DNA of 32,000 nt from Sinorhizobium meliloti (GCF_017876815.1 NZ_JAGIOS010000001.1:150001-182000); one strand, 5' to 3'. Positions 17,556-26,986 are shown, counted from the first letter of the stretch. Notes: generated by a model from the letters alone, not told the origin. Numbers and translations: made by a program.

Positions 17556-19109
17556 TCAGCCCTGAGTGATGGGCAGTGCGACGAAGCGGCTGCCTTCCTG
17601 TGCTTCGATCTGGAACAGAGCCTTGCTGCGCCCGTCCTTCTTGGCGTTGTTGATCACCTTGAGAACGTCGTCTGCCGATTTCACTTCCTGATTGTTGACG
17701 GAGACGATCTTCTCGCCTTCCTTCAGGCCGCGATCGCCGGCGTCCGAATCCGGATCGACGGAGGCGATCGTGACGCCCTTGCCGTCCTCCGACGGGGTCA
17801 CCGTCAGGCCGAGGTCGGCCAGCGCCTCCTCGCCTGCCTGCCCTTCGTCGGGCTGCGCTTCACCGGTCGCCGGTGCGGGTTCCTTGGCATCGCTCGGCAG
17901 CGTGCCGATCTCGAGGTTGACCGTTTCGGATTTGCCGCTGCGCCACAGGGTAACCTCTGCAGTGGAGCCGGGGCGCAGGGCCGCAACGCGACGTGCGAGG
18001 TCCCGCGGATCCTTGACCGGCTCGCCGTTGAGTGCCGTCACGACGTCGCCGTTCTTGATCCCGGCCTTTTCACCCGGCGAGCCCGCCTGAGGCTCGACGA
18101 CGAGGGCGCCGTTCGCTTCGGAAAGGCCGAGCGACTCGGCGATATCCTTCGTCACCGGCTGGATCTGGACACCAAGCCAGCCGCGCGACACCGTGCCGTC
18201 CTTGATGAGGGAGTCCACGACATCCTTCGCGACCGAGGCGGGGATTGCAAAGGCGATACCGACATTGCCGCCGGAGGGCGAAAAGATGGCCGTGTTGATA
18301 CCGACCACCTCGCCGGAAAGATTGAAGGTCGGACCACCGGAATTGCCGCGGTTCACCGCTGCGTCGACCTGCAGATAATCGTCATAGGGACCGGAGCCGA
18401 TATCGCGGCCCCGAGCGGAGATGATGCCGGCAGTGACCGTGCCGCCGAGGCCGAAGGGATTGCCGACAGCGACCACCCAGTCGCCGACGCGCACCTTCTC
18501 GTCGTCCGCGAAGCTGACATAGGTGAACTTGCGCTTGTCATCGACCTTGAGCACGGCAAGGTCGGTCCGGCTGTCCTTGCCGACGAGCTTGGCGTCGAGC
18601 TCGGTTCCGTCGTTCATGATAACGGTGAAGGCCGAGCCGTCGGAGACGACGTGGTTGTTGGTGACGAGGTAACCGTCTTCGGTGATGAAGAAGCCGGAGC
18701 CTTGCGCCCGCGGACGGAGACGACCTTCGCCACGCGGACCGCGGCGGTCGCGCCAACGATCGGCACGGTCATTTTCACGCGGAGCGAATTCGCGGAAGAA
18801 ACGCCGCAGCGGATGGTCTTCCGGCAGGTCCTCGAACCCGCGGCCGCCGAAATCGAAGGTGAAGTTGCTTTCATCGTCGCTGACGCGTTCACGTGCCTGC
18901 ACGCGGACGGAGACGACCGCCGGCGAAACGGCGTCGACCACATTGGCGAAACTCGGCACAGCCGGGGCCTGCACCCTCACGGCTTCGGCGAAGGACTGCG
19001 CGACTTCGGCCGGCAGGCCGGTCGTCAGCAGCACGGCTGCGAGACCGGCTACCGTCGTGGTCTTCAGCACAGTCTTCAAGGAGGGACGTGGAGCTTTGAT
19101 CGTAGACAT
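17556..19109 (-). CDS. degP: Periplasmic serine endoprotease of the DegP/HtrA family (trypsin-like domain plus two PDZ domains)
   Basis: Track ORF 17556..19508, trimmed to MSTIKAPRPSLKTVLKTTTVAGLAAVLL (signal peptide; SD GAGAAGG). It has the catalytic blocks TNNHVV, DLAVLK and GNSGGP, followed by two PDZ-like segments. Confidence 0.92.
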   Translation of the reverse strand: MSTIKAPRPSLKTVLKTTTVAGLAAVLLTTGLPAEVAQSFAEAVRVQAPAVPSFANVVDAVSPAVVSVRVQARERVSDDESNFTFDFGGRGFEDLPEDHPLRRFFREFAPRENDRADRWRDRRGPRGEGRLRPRAQGSGFFITEDGYLVTNNHVVSDGSAFTVIMNDGTELDAKLVGKDSRTDLAVLKVDDKRKFTYVSFADDEKVRVGDWVVAVGNPFGLGGTVTAGIISARGRDIGSGPYDDYLQVDAAVNRGNSGGPTFNLSGEVVGINTAIFSPSGGNVGIAFAIPASVAKDVVDSLIKDGTVSRGWLGVQIQPVTKDIAESLGLSEANGALVVEPQAGSPGEKAGIKNGDVVTALNGEPVKDPRDLARRVAALRPGSTAEVTLWRSGKSETVNLEIGTLPSDAKEPAPATGEAQPDEGQAGEEALADLGLTVTPSEDGKGVTIASVDPDSDAGDRGLKEGEKIVSVNNQEVKSADDVLKVINNAKKDGRSKALFQIEAQEGSRFVALPITQG

Positions 19110-19254
19110 TCGTTTTGCCTTCTCTCTTTCATGAAGCCCGCCTGCAAGGCAGGCTGCTTCGAAACCTTTTCCCCGAGTCGGATCCAACGGCCTCACCGTC
19201 GGAAACCCGCTCGTCTGGCTGTGACTGGAGGAAACAGCCTGTGCCGTCAGATGT

Positions 19255-19279
19255 AACGGACGGGACCTTACTGAGTTCT
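19255..19279 (-). promoter_or_regulatory. Candidate ECF-sigma-type promoter upstream of degP
   Basis: The minus strand reads AGAAC-N16-CGTT (ggacAGAACtcagtaaggtcccgtcCGTTacat). This is one mismatch from the GGAAC-N16/17-CGTT class used by EcfG/RpoE-type sigma factors. It lies about 145 nt upstream of the degP ATG. Confidence 0.3.
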
Positions 19280-19369
19280 GTCCGGCAGATGAATTTTTGG
19301 TAATGTTGCGGTGGAGCTGCAAGGCGCGGACGGATGCGCCCAAATCGCGCCGGCGCCTCCTGCTTGAGA

Positions 19370-19825
19370 TCAGGGCCGCAGGAGCCTGTCCAGCCTTTCC
19401 TTTTCCTCGTCGGAAAGCGGTGCGCCCGGAACTCTTGCGCCGCGGCGTCTTGCGGCCACGACGAGGGTGATGATGCCGGCCACGAGCAGAATGGCAGGCA
19501 TGCCCCACAGCACGAGCGTCTTGGCCTCGAGGCGAGGGTTCAGGAGCACGAATTCGCCGTAGCGTGAGACGACGTAGGAAATCACGGCTTCGTCGGAATC
19601 GCCGTTCTTCAGGCGCTCGCGTACGAGCAGCCGCAGATCCTTGGCGAGTTCAGCGTTCGAATCGTCGATCGACTGGTTCTGGCAGACCATGCAGCGGAGC
19701 TGGGCGGAGATCGCCCGGGCACGCGCTTCGAGCGCCGGATCCGCAAGCACCTCGTCAGGATTGACGGCGAAGCCCGGGGCAACGGACGCCAGCAAAAGGA
19801 AGAGGGCGATCAGCAGCCGGATCAT
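19370..19825 (-). CDS. ccmH: Cytochrome c-type biogenesis protein CcmH (rhizobial CycL)
   Basis: Track ORF trimmed to [20 protein letters not shown] (signal peptide; SD GGGAG). It has the [14 protein letters not shown] motif (LRCxxCQ) and a C-terminal TM segment. The 18-aa N-terminal extension in the track is translated from the intergenic repeat. Confidence 0.9.
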
Positions 19826-19838
19826 TTGGCAGCTCCCA

Positions 19839-19886
19839 GAGCGGGATAAGGAAAAGTGTGCACGGTTTTCCGCCCGCATCCCGCTC
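19839..19886 (-). repeat. Structured intergenic repeat, copy B (same family as 4106-4152)
   Basis: The minus strand reads GAGCGGGATGCGGGCGGAAAACCGTGCACACTTTTCCTTATCCCGCTC, with outer stem GAGCGGGAT/ATCCCGCTC and inner stem GGAAAA/TTTTCC. It fills the 59-nt ccmF-ccmH spacer and its last base overlaps the ccmF stop codon. Confidence 0.75.
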
Positions 19887-21916
19887 TAACCTTTAGAATC
19901 GATCACGTTGATGATTTTTGGTCGATCCGACCTGAAATCATCGTGATCCAGGGCGAGGGCCTTTCTGGCACGCGCCGGCGCGCCGACGCGAAGGCGCCGG
20001 TCGCTGAGCGAAACGACGCCGCCGGCCATCATCACGAGCGCGCCGCCCCAGATGCATAGGATCAGCGGTTTCCACCAGATGCGGACGACGATGCCGCCGT
20101 CCGCCATGTCGTCGCCCAAGGATACATAGAGCTGGCTCAGGCCGAAGGTCCGGATTCCGGCCTCGGTCGTCGGCATGCGCCGCGCCGAATAGAGCCGTTT
20201 CGACGACCAGATCTCGGTAACCTCGACGCCGCCTCGACTGACGGTGAAATGGCCGGCATCCTCGGTATAGTTCGGCCCGCGCCCTTCACGCATGCCGTCG
20301 AAACGCAGGCTGTAACGCCCGACATCGACCACCGCCCCCGGTTTCATCTCGACGACCGTTTCCGTTTCGAAAGCCGTGACCGTGACGATCCCGATCAGGG
20401 TGATTCCGAGCCCGATATGGGCGAGCGCCGTGCCGAAAGCCGAACGCGGCAGGCCCGAAAGCCGTCTCCAGGCGACGCCCGCCGCCACCTTGCCGAGCCC
20501 GGAGCGCAGAACCAGATCGGTGAGCGCTCCCAGAATCAGGTAGACGCCGAGGCCGAGGCCGAAAGGAGCCAGGACCGGGCCACCGTTTACCGCGTAATAA
20601 CAGATCGCCGCGGCGAGCAGGCCGAGCGCGGCAGCCGCAAACAGACGCTGCGCCGCACCGGCAAGGTCGCCGCGCTTCCAGGCAAGCAGCGGGCCGAAGG
20701 GAACGACGGCGATGAGCGGCAGCATCAGCAGGCCGAACGTCATGTTGAAGAACGGCGCGCCGACCGAAATTTTGTCGCCGGTCAGCGCTTCGAGTACCAG
20801 CGGATACAGCGTGCCGGTCAGCACCGTCGCCGTGGCCGTCGTCAGGATCAGGTTGTTCACGACGAGCGCACCCTCACGCGAAACCGGTGCGAATATTCCC
20901 CCGGCCTTGAGATGGGAGGCACGGAAGGCAAAGAGCGAGAACGCACCGCCGATGAAGACGACCAGGATGGCGAGAATGAAGACGCCGCGGGTCGGGTCGG
21001 TGGCGAAGGCATGGACGGATGTCAGCACGCCGGAGCGCACCAGGAACGTGCCGAGCAGCGACAGCGAGAAGGTCATGATCGCCAGCAGCACGGTCCATAT
21101 CTTTAGCGCTTCGCGCTTTTCCATGACCAGGGCCGAGTGCAGAAGTGCCGTTCCGGCGAGCCAAGGCATGAAGGAGGCGTTTTCGACCGGGTCCCAGAAC
21201 CACCAGCCGCCCCAGCCCAGCTCGTAATAGGCCCAATAGGAGCCCATGGCGATGCCGGCGGTAAGAAAAGTCCAGGCGGCAAGTGTCCACGGCCGCACCC
21301 AACGCGCCCAGGCCGCATCGATCCGCCCCTCGATGAGCGCGGCGACCGCGAAGGAGAAGCATACGGAAAAGCCGACATAGCCGAGATAGAGCAAGGGCGG
21401 GTGGATCGCGAGCCCGATATCCTGCAGCACGGGGTTGAGGTCCCTGCCCTCGCCCGGTGCCGGCACGAGCCGCGCGAAGGGATTGGAGGTCAGCAGGACG
21501 AAGAACGCGAAGGCGGTCGCGATCCAGGCCTGCACCGCAAGGACGTTCGCCTTCAACGTCTCCGGCAGGTTGCGGCCGAAGAGCGCCACCATCGCGGAAA
21601 AGAAGACAAGAATGAGCAGCCAGAGAAGCATCGAGCCTTCATGGTTTCCCCAGACCCCGGTGATCTTGTAGATCAGCGGTTTGAGGGAATGCGAGTTCTC
21701 CCAGACGTTCTTGACCGAGAAATCCGATGTCACATAGGCGAATGTCAGCACGGCGAAGGAGAAAGCGACGAGCAGGAAGCAGACGAGCGCCGCGTTTGCT
21801 GCCAGTCCCATCAAGGAAGGGTCGCCGCGCCGCACCCCCAGGACGGGCAGGACGCCCTGGATGATCGCGGTCGCGAGCGCCAAAACCAGTGCATAGTGCC
21901 CGAGTTCGATGATCAT
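19886..21916 (-). CDS. ccmF: Cytochrome c heme lyase subunit CcmF (CycK)
   Basis: It is a 676-aa polytopic membrane protein with the WWD motif [18 protein letters not shown]. Its start overlaps the ccmE stop (ATGA). Confidence 0.95.
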   Translation of the reverse strand: MIIELGHYALVLALATAIIQGVLPVLGVRRGDPSLMGLAANAALVCFLLVAFSFAVLTFAYVTSDFSVKNVWENSHSLKPLIYKITGVWGNHEGSMLLWLLILVFFSAMVALFGRNLPETLKANVLAVQAWIATAFAFFVLLTSNPFARLVPAPGEGRDLNPVLQDIGLAIHPPLLYLGYVGFSVCFSFAVAALIEGRIDAAWARWVRPWTLAAWTFLTAGIAMGSYWAYYELGWGGWWFWDPVENASFMPWLAGTALLHSALVMEKREALKIWTVLLAIMTFSLSLLGTFLVRSGVLTSVHAFATDPTRGVFILAILVVFIGGAFSLFAFRASHLKAGGIFAPVSREGALVVNNLILTTATATVLTGTLYPLVLEALTGDKISVGAPFFNMTFGLLMLPLIAVVPFGPLLAWKRGDLAGAAQRLFAAAALGLLAAAICYYAVNGGPVLAPFGLGLGVYLILGALTDLVLRSGLGKVAAGVAWRRLSGLPRSAFGTALAHIGLGITLIGIVTVTAFETETVVEMKPGAVVDVGRYSLRFDGMREGRGPNYTEDAGHFTVSRGGVEVTEIWSSKRLYSARRMPTTEAGIRTFGLSQLYVSLGDDMADGGIVVRIWWKPLILCIWGGALVMMAGGVVSLSDRRLRVGAPARARKALALDHDDFRSDRPKIINVIDSKG

Positions 21917-22365
21917 CGGATGTTTTCCTCCCCGCCGAGCGTGACGCCCTGCGCTTTGAGGCGGTCGGCGACATCCTTCGGCATGTATGTCTCATCATGC
22001 TTTGCGAGGACGGTGTCCGCAACGAAAACCGGGCTGCCGCCGACGAAGGCACCCTCGGCCACCACGCCCTGGCCCTCTCGGAAGAGGTCGGGCAGGATGC
22101 CGGTATAGGTCACCGGAACGGTCGCAAGCGTATCCGTCACCGTGAAGGTGATGGTCCTGCCCTCGCCGCGCTTGACGGAGCCCGCCTCGACAAGTCCGCC
22201 GAGGCGGATACGCGTCCCCGGCGCGACGTCGGCCTTCGCAAGATCGCCCGGAACATAGAAATAGGCGACCGCCTGGCTGAAGGCGAACATGACGAGCAGC
22301 ACCGCGGCCGTCAGAAATGCCACGCCGCCGCCGATTATCGCCAACCTTTTCTGCTTGCGTGTCAT
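21913..22365 (-). CDS. ccmE: Heme chaperone CcmE (CycJ)
   Basis: It is 150 aa with an N-terminal membrane anchor, an OB-fold, and the heme-binding region [11 protein letters not shown]. Confidence 0.95.
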   Translation of the reverse strand: MTRKQKRLAIIGGGVAFLTAAVLLVMFAFSQAVAYFYVPGDLAKADVAPGTRIRLGGLVEAGSVKRGEGRTITFTVTDTLATVPVTYTGILPDLFREGQGVVAEGAFVGGSPVFVADTVLAKHDETYMPKDVADRLKAQGVTLGGEENIR

Positions 22366-23507
22366 TCAGCCTCTCCGCCGGCGTCGATCCCCAGTTCCCG
22401 GGCCAAGGCCAGCAACTGCTTCCCCTGCTCGCCCGTTGCCGGGAAGGCCCTCAGTCCGTCATGCAACGCATCTTTCGCCCTGTCTCTTTGGTCCAGCACC
22501 ACATAGGAACGGACCAGGCGCATCCAGCCCTCCAGGTTGGCCGGGTCCTCCTTCAGGCGGCTTGCCAGGCTGTCGACCATGCCGCGGATCATCGCCTGCC
22601 GGTCGCCGGCATTCATTTCCTTTGCGGCGGCAATATCGCCGGGAGCTGGATCTCCGGGCGCGGCAGGGCCTGGGCCGGCCGGGGCGGCGGCGAGCTCCGC
22701 GATATGCTGGTTCACCAGAGACAGCCAGGGCGCATCGGCCGGTGAGCTCTCTGCAAGCTTGCGGAATGCTGCGAGCGCCTCTGCGTGCTTGCCCTCCTGC
22801 TTTAGGCCGAGCGCGAGGTAGAATGCGGAGCGTGGATCGTCGGGGTCGAGGGCCAGCGCCTTTTGCAGAGCGTTCTGCGCCTCGGCTGTAACCAGACCGC
22901 CGGCCTGCGCCACCAGAGCCTCGGCGTAGCCGCCCATTCTTGCCGGGGTTGGCCCGAGCAGGCGGATCGCGCGGTCGTAGGCGGCGACGGCATCGTCCAG
23001 GCGGCCATGGCGCATGTAGATCGGCGCGAGCAGATCCCAACCGGCGCCGTCTTGAGGATTGAGGGCCAGGTGGTTTTCGGCCTTCGCGATCAGGATGTTG
23101 ACGTCGTCGCCGGGGTCGGCAAGGCGGGCCGCGAGCGGCTGCGCCGGCACGCCGGGGCTCCCGGTCGTCAAATAGAGACAAAGGCCGACAGCCGGAAGAC
23201 AGAGGAAAATGAAAGCCTGCGCCAGGCGGTTGGATAGAAGCCGCTTCGGCGTGCGCTCCGCCACAGCCTGATCCGCGGCACTGGCTGAAAGCATGCGGCG
23301 GGCGATCTCGGCCCTGGCCAGCTCGGCTTCCTCGCTTCCGATCAGACCGGCCTCCCGGTCCCGCGCCAGCTCACCGAGCTGATCGCGATAGACTTCGATG
23401 TCGTGACTATGGCGAGACGGTAACGGCTCTGCCGCCCGCATGAGCGGCAGAAGAAGCACGGCTGCGACAGCCGCCGTCAGAATGGCGACGAGGATCCAGA
23501 ACAACAT
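22362..23507 (-). CDS. ccmI: Cytochrome c biogenesis factor CcmI (CycH), TPR protein
   Basis: It is 381 aa with two N-terminal TM segments and a periplasmic TPR-like region. Its position immediately upstream of ccmE, with an ATGA overlap, matches the rhizobial cycHJKL arrangement. Confidence 0.85.
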   Translation of the reverse strand: MLFWILVAILTAAVAAVLLLPLMRAAEPLPSRHSHDIEVYRDQLGELARDREAGLIGSEEAELARAEIARRMLSASAADQAVAERTPKRLLSNRLAQAFIFLCLPAVGLCLYLTTGSPGVPAQPLAARLADPGDDVNILIAKAENHLALNPQDGAGWDLLAPIYMRHGRLDDAVAAYDRAIRLLGPTPARMGGYAEALVAQAGGLVTAEAQNALQKALALDPDDPRSAFYLALGLKQEGKHAEALAAFRKLAESSPADAPWLSLVNQHIAELAAAPAGPGPAAPGDPAPGDIAAAKEMNAGDRQAMIRGMVDSLASRLKEDPANLEGWMRLVRSYVVLDQRDRAKDALHDGLRAFPATGEQGKQLLALARELGIDAGGEAE

Positions 23508-23681
23508 GTTTGGGGAATACTATGAGGGCCATGTCATTCCAACTCGAAAACCGGCAATGACGTATATTTGAGGCGTTTCGCCGCAAGAAGTGCCGCCGCG
23601 CGCGAGGAATCCGCTCGCCCAAAGCAAACCGGCCGCGATTCAACACCTTACACGGTTCGCGATATGCGAGGGCGGTGCCGC

Positions 23682-24128
23682 TCAGGTGAGCGGCGTCCAG
23701 CTTCCATCGCTGTTGCGGCAGGCCGCGCCGCGTGCCGTGGTCTGTTGGCTTTTGACGGTAACCGTATGGCTGTATTGACGGCAATTCTGCGACCCGACCT
23801 GATAGGGTGCGGCAGCGACGACGGAGCCGCTGACGCCCCGCCCTTGCCAGGCGACGGGCTGCCCGCCCGGCGCGGCCTCGAGGGCGCGATACTCGGCCTC
23901 GAGCGCCCGCTGCCGGTCCGACTTGCCGAGATCGACGCCGCCAAGGCGCGAAACGACGCCACCCTGCAGGGCTTCGATATAGGTCGCGGACGATGCAACG
24001 CGGGTGGAAGCTGCTCCGAGTCCGGCAACCGCCCCGCCTTGGCCGGACGAGGTCGTGCCACAGCCGGCGAGGGCTACACCCGAAGCCACCACCGCGATCC
24101 TACCGCGTGAAGCGAAGGCTCGCGTCAT
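23682..24128 (-). CDS. Lipoprotein, surface-antigen-like
   Basis: It has the lipobox VALAGC. I prefer the start at 24128 (MTRAFASRGR..., SD GAGGAA at 10 nt) over 24146. The C-terminal block has two Cys (NCRQY...GAACRNSDGSW), as in COG4520-type surface antigens. As I recall, a lipoprotein gene sits between feuPQ and cycH in R. leguminosarum. Confidence 0.78.
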   Translation of the reverse strand: MTRAFASRGRIAVVASGVALAGCGTTSSGQGGAVAGLGAASTRVASSATYIEALQGGVVSRLGGVDLGKSDRQRALEAEYRALEAAPGGQPVAWQGRGVSGSVVAAAPYQVGSQNCRQYSHTVTVKSQQTTARGAACRNSDGSWTPLT

Positions 24129-24303
24129 TTCTGCGTAATTCCTCATGATACGCGCTACTCATTCCTCTTGTCGGTCGCCAGTCGAGTTCTTTTTGCACCA
24201 CCTGAGGGTCGAGGCAACCGCCTGCCGTCAGCGCCGGCATTTTCAGGTCCGGGTGTGACCGCCGGATCACGATCGTCCCGCATCGGTCCTATCCGGTTGG
24301 CGC

Positions 24304-25689
24304 TTAGACTGCGGCCGGCAGTACGAGCGTGGCCCGCAATCCTCCAACATCGCGACGGCTGAGCTCCACACTTCCCTGATATTCACCCACGATCTCGCTT
24401 ACGATCGAAAGACCGAGCCCGGTTCCGGGCTTGCTCTCGTCGAGCCGCTTGCCGCGCTTCATCGCCACCGCGATCTGATCGGGGTCGAGCCCCGGTCCGT
24501 CGTCGTCGATCTGGAGCACGATCCACTGGCGGCCCGGCTCCCTTTCGCGCGCATCTTCAGGGGCCGGCTCGACATTCAGCGAGATCCGATCATGCGCGTA
24601 ACGGGCGGCGTTTTCCAGCAAGTTGCCGACCGTTTCCTCGACGTCCTGCTGTTCCATCGCCAGCACCAGTCCGGGCGGATTGATCGAGAGGCTGAATTGC
24701 TTGTCGGGATTGAGGCGCCGCATCACCCGCATGATTCTTTCCAGTGCCGGCTGGGCTTCGGTCCGCGCCAGAACCGACCCGCGCTGGGCGGCGATCCTGG
24801 CGCGGCTGAGATAGGATTGCACCTGTGTCTGCATGGCGTCCGCCTGGGCCCTGACCAGCTCGCCGTGCGGCACCTCCAGCACTCTCGCCTCGTTGAGCAG
24901 CACGGCGATCGGCGTCTTGAGCGAATGGGCCAGATTGCCGACCTGCATGCGCGCGCGTTCGACGATGCGCCGATTGCTGTCGATCAGCGCGTTCACCTCG
25001 TTGGCAAGCGGCTGGATCTCCCGCGGGAAAGCGCCATCCAGCCGCTCGCTCTCCCCCGTGCGGATCTTTTCAAGCGAGCGGCGTACCTGGTCGAGCGGCT
25101 TCAGGCCGAACAGGATCGTGAGCGCGTTCACGCCAAGGCCGCCAAGGCCGAAAATGGACAGGGCGATCGTGAGGTTGCGCGTGAAGCGGTCGATATCCGC
25201 CTCGAGCACATCGCGGTTGCCGGCGACGCGGAAGCGGGCGGCGTGGCCCTGAATGTCGAGAACGACCTCGGTCTCTGCCACCTCGACCTCGTTTCCGAAC
25301 GGATCCGTGGTGGTGTAGAACCGCTCGTAGCGGATGTCGAAGGGGACCTCGTCGACGCTGACGATCGGCAGTTTCGCCGTGCCGAGCGACGTCGATATCA
25401 GCGGCGGCGTGTCGAATTCGCCGATCGGCTCGACGATCCAGTACCAGCCCGTCTGAGGCTGGGAAAAGCGCAGGTCGCCGAGCTGCGGGCTCCCGGAGAG
25501 CGCGGCCTTCTCGTCGACGGAGATGGAGTTGATGACGTTGTAGAGCTGCGCGCGCAGCAGATCCTGAAAGCCGCGCTCGGACCCCTGCCGGTAAAGGGCT
25601 GAGATGACAACCCCGATAACCACGAGGGCAACGACGGCCCAGACGGTCGAAACCGACAGAACGCGCGCCGTGAGCGATCTAATGGCCAT
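24304..25689 (-). CDS. feuQ: Sensor histidine kinase FeuQ-like (2 TM, HAMP, HisKA, HATPase_c)
   Basis: It is 461 aa with the H-box GNLAHSLKTPIAVL, the N box NLLENAARY, and G boxes DDGPGL and GTGLGLSIV. It overlaps the regulator gene by 11 nt. The symbol comes from the recalled feuPQ-lipoprotein-cycHJKL synteny. Confidence 0.85.
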   Translation of the reverse strand: MAIRSLTARVLSVSTVWAVVALVVIGVVISALYRQGSERGFQDLLRAQLYNVINSISVDEKAALSGSPQLGDLRFSQPQTGWYWIVEPIGEFDTPPLISTSLGTAKLPIVSVDEVPFDIRYERFYTTTDPFGNEVEVAETEVVLDIQGHAARFRVAGNRDVLEADIDRFTRNLTIALSIFGLGGLGVNALTILFGLKPLDQVRRSLEKIRTGESERLDGAFPREIQPLANEVNALIDSNRRIVERARMQVGNLAHSLKTPIAVLLNEARVLEVPHGELVRAQADAMQTQVQSYLSRARIAAQRGSVLARTEAQPALERIMRVMRRLNPDKQFSLSINPPGLVLAMEQQDVEETVGNLLENAARYAHDRISLNVEPAPEDAREREPGRQWIVLQIDDDGPGLDPDQIAVAMKRGKRLDESKPGTGLGLSIVSEIVGEYQGSVELSRRDVGGLRATLVLPAAV

Positions 25690-26350
25690 TGCCGGGTGCT
25701 TGCATGCGATATCCGAGGCCGCGCACCGTTTCGATCAGATCGTTGCCGATCTTCTTACGGAGCCGGCCGATGAAAACCTCGATCGTGTTGGAATCGCGAT
25801 CGAAGTCCTGATCATACATGTGTTCGACCAACTCGGTGCGGGAAACCACCTGTCCCATATGGTGCATGAGGTAGGAAAGCAGACGGAACTCGTGCGATGT
25901 GAGCTTCAGCGCGACGCCAGCGACGGTCGCCTTGGAGCCCTTGGTGTCGAGACGGACGGGGCCGCAGACGATCTCGGAGCTTGCGTGCCCGGCGGCCCGC
26001 CGGATCAACGCACGGATGCGGGCCAGCACCTCCTCGACGTGGAAAGGCTTCGCCACATAATCGTCGGCGCCGGCATCGATGCCTGCGACCTTGTCGCTCC
26101 ATCGATCGCGGGCCGTCAGGATCAGCACCGGCATGGTCTTGCCGTCTGCGCGCCATTTCTCGAGAACGGTGATGCCGTCCATCTCCGGAAGACCTATATC
26201 GAGAATTACCGCATCATAGGGCTCCGCATCGCCTAGATAGTGGCCCTCTTCGCCGTCATAAGCCTGGTCGACGACATAACCGGCCTCCTTCAGAGCGTCA
26301 GCCAGCTGCCTGTTCAGATTGGTATCGTCCTCGACGATCAGAATGCGCAT
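25679..26350 (-). CDS. feuP: OmpR-family response regulator FeuP-like
   Basis: MRILIVEDD...AVILDIGLPEMDG...KP is the receiver domain. LTSHEFRLLSYLM...IGRLRKKIG...VRGLGY is the winged helix. It is 223 aa. Confidence 0.88.
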   Translation of the reverse strand: MRILIVEDDTNLNRQLADALKEAGYVVDQAYDGEEGHYLGDAEPYDAVILDIGLPEMDGITVLEKWRADGKTMPVLILTARDRWSDKVAGIDAGADDYVAKPFHVEEVLARIRALIRRAAGHASSEIVCGPVRLDTKGSKATVAGVALKLTSHEFRLLSYLMHHMGQVVSRTELVEHMYDQDFDRDSNTIEVFIGRLRKKIGNDLIETVRGLGYRMQAPGNGH

Positions 26351-26390
26351 TCTCGTCCACTTCCCTTGCCTTCGGGTACCCCGAAAGAGC

Positions 26391-26642
26391 TTACATAGGC
26401 ACTTTCACCGTGACTTTCTTGGGGCGCCCTCCATTGCCCGGGATGAGCACCGTCACCACGCACTGCCCATCGCCGGTCGGCTGGGCAGAAAGCAGCTCGC
26501 CACCCGTCTGGGCGACCACCTGCGCGGCGGCCGCGCTGCAATCGCCAGCCACGCGGACGACAACCGCAGGCATGTTGACGGCAGGCGGAGAAAAGCCTGC
26601 GAGGCCTGCGGCGAGCGCGGCTATGGTCAATGCTGAAGACAT
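26391..26642 (-). CDS. feuN: Small secreted protein of 83 aa, FeuN-like modulator candidate
   Basis: It has an N-terminal hydrophobic signal-like segment (MSSALTIAALAAGLAG), two Cys in the mature part, and a beta-rich C-terminus (CVVTVLIPGNGGRPKKVTVKVPM). It sits 40 nt upstream of feuP on the same strand. This matches the feuNPQ arrangement described for S. meliloti, as I recall it. The SD is weak. Confidence 0.6.
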   Translation of the reverse strand: MSSALTIAALAAGLAGFSPPAVNMPAVVVRVAGDCSAAAAQVVAQTGGELLSAQPTGDGQCVVTVLIPGNGGRPKKVTVKVPM

Positions 26643-26865
26643 GAACGCACTTTCGACTGGGAAGCACTATGCCGGAATCATTAACCGATACAGGCTGAAT
26701 GGCAAATGAATGTCGGCCTTGAGGATACGCGCACCCGCGTCCGGCGGTTGCTTGACCTCTGGCCGAGGAAAACGACCACAGATTGCAGAGGTCGGGCGAA
26801 CCGGTCTTTCGGGCAGCTCGGTGCGGGCATCGATGATGACACCGGCATCTTTCTGTGGATCGGCT

Positions 26866-26935
26866 GGAAAATTAATCGATTTAAATTTTTTTTAATCGTT
26901 TAAATGCTTTAAACCGCTGATTTACAAAGTCTTTA
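26866..26935. promoter_or_regulatory. AT-rich repeat island
   Basis: It reads GGAAAATTAATCGATTTAAATTTTTTTTAATCGTTTAAATGCTTTAAACC... There are three TTTAAA hexamers (26880, 26899, 26908) and an imperfect direct repeat TTAATCG(A)TTTAAAT (26871-26885 and 26892-26905). TTAA-N7-TTAA lies at 26881-26895. This is by far the most AT-rich stretch in the window. Confidence 0.4.
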
Positions 26936-26986
26936 TCCTGTGGAATCGTCCGCCCAGTCCAACATTCTCGCCCAAAGGAGAGCCGG

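Noticed and set aside
23671-23698. Palindrome GCCGCTCA-gg-TGAGCGGC at the lipoprotein stop codon, considered as a possible terminator
   Set aside because: The loop is too small for the full stem, it overlaps the stop codon, and no U-tract follows on the minus strand. The cycH promoter must lie just downstream, so its role is unclear and the evidence is too thin to call.
26706-26903. 65-aa and 61-aa plus-strand ORFs in the feuN upstream spacer
   Set aside because: Neither has an SD and third-position GC is mixed. The C-terminal third (KINRFKFFLIV) is just the translated AT-rich island.
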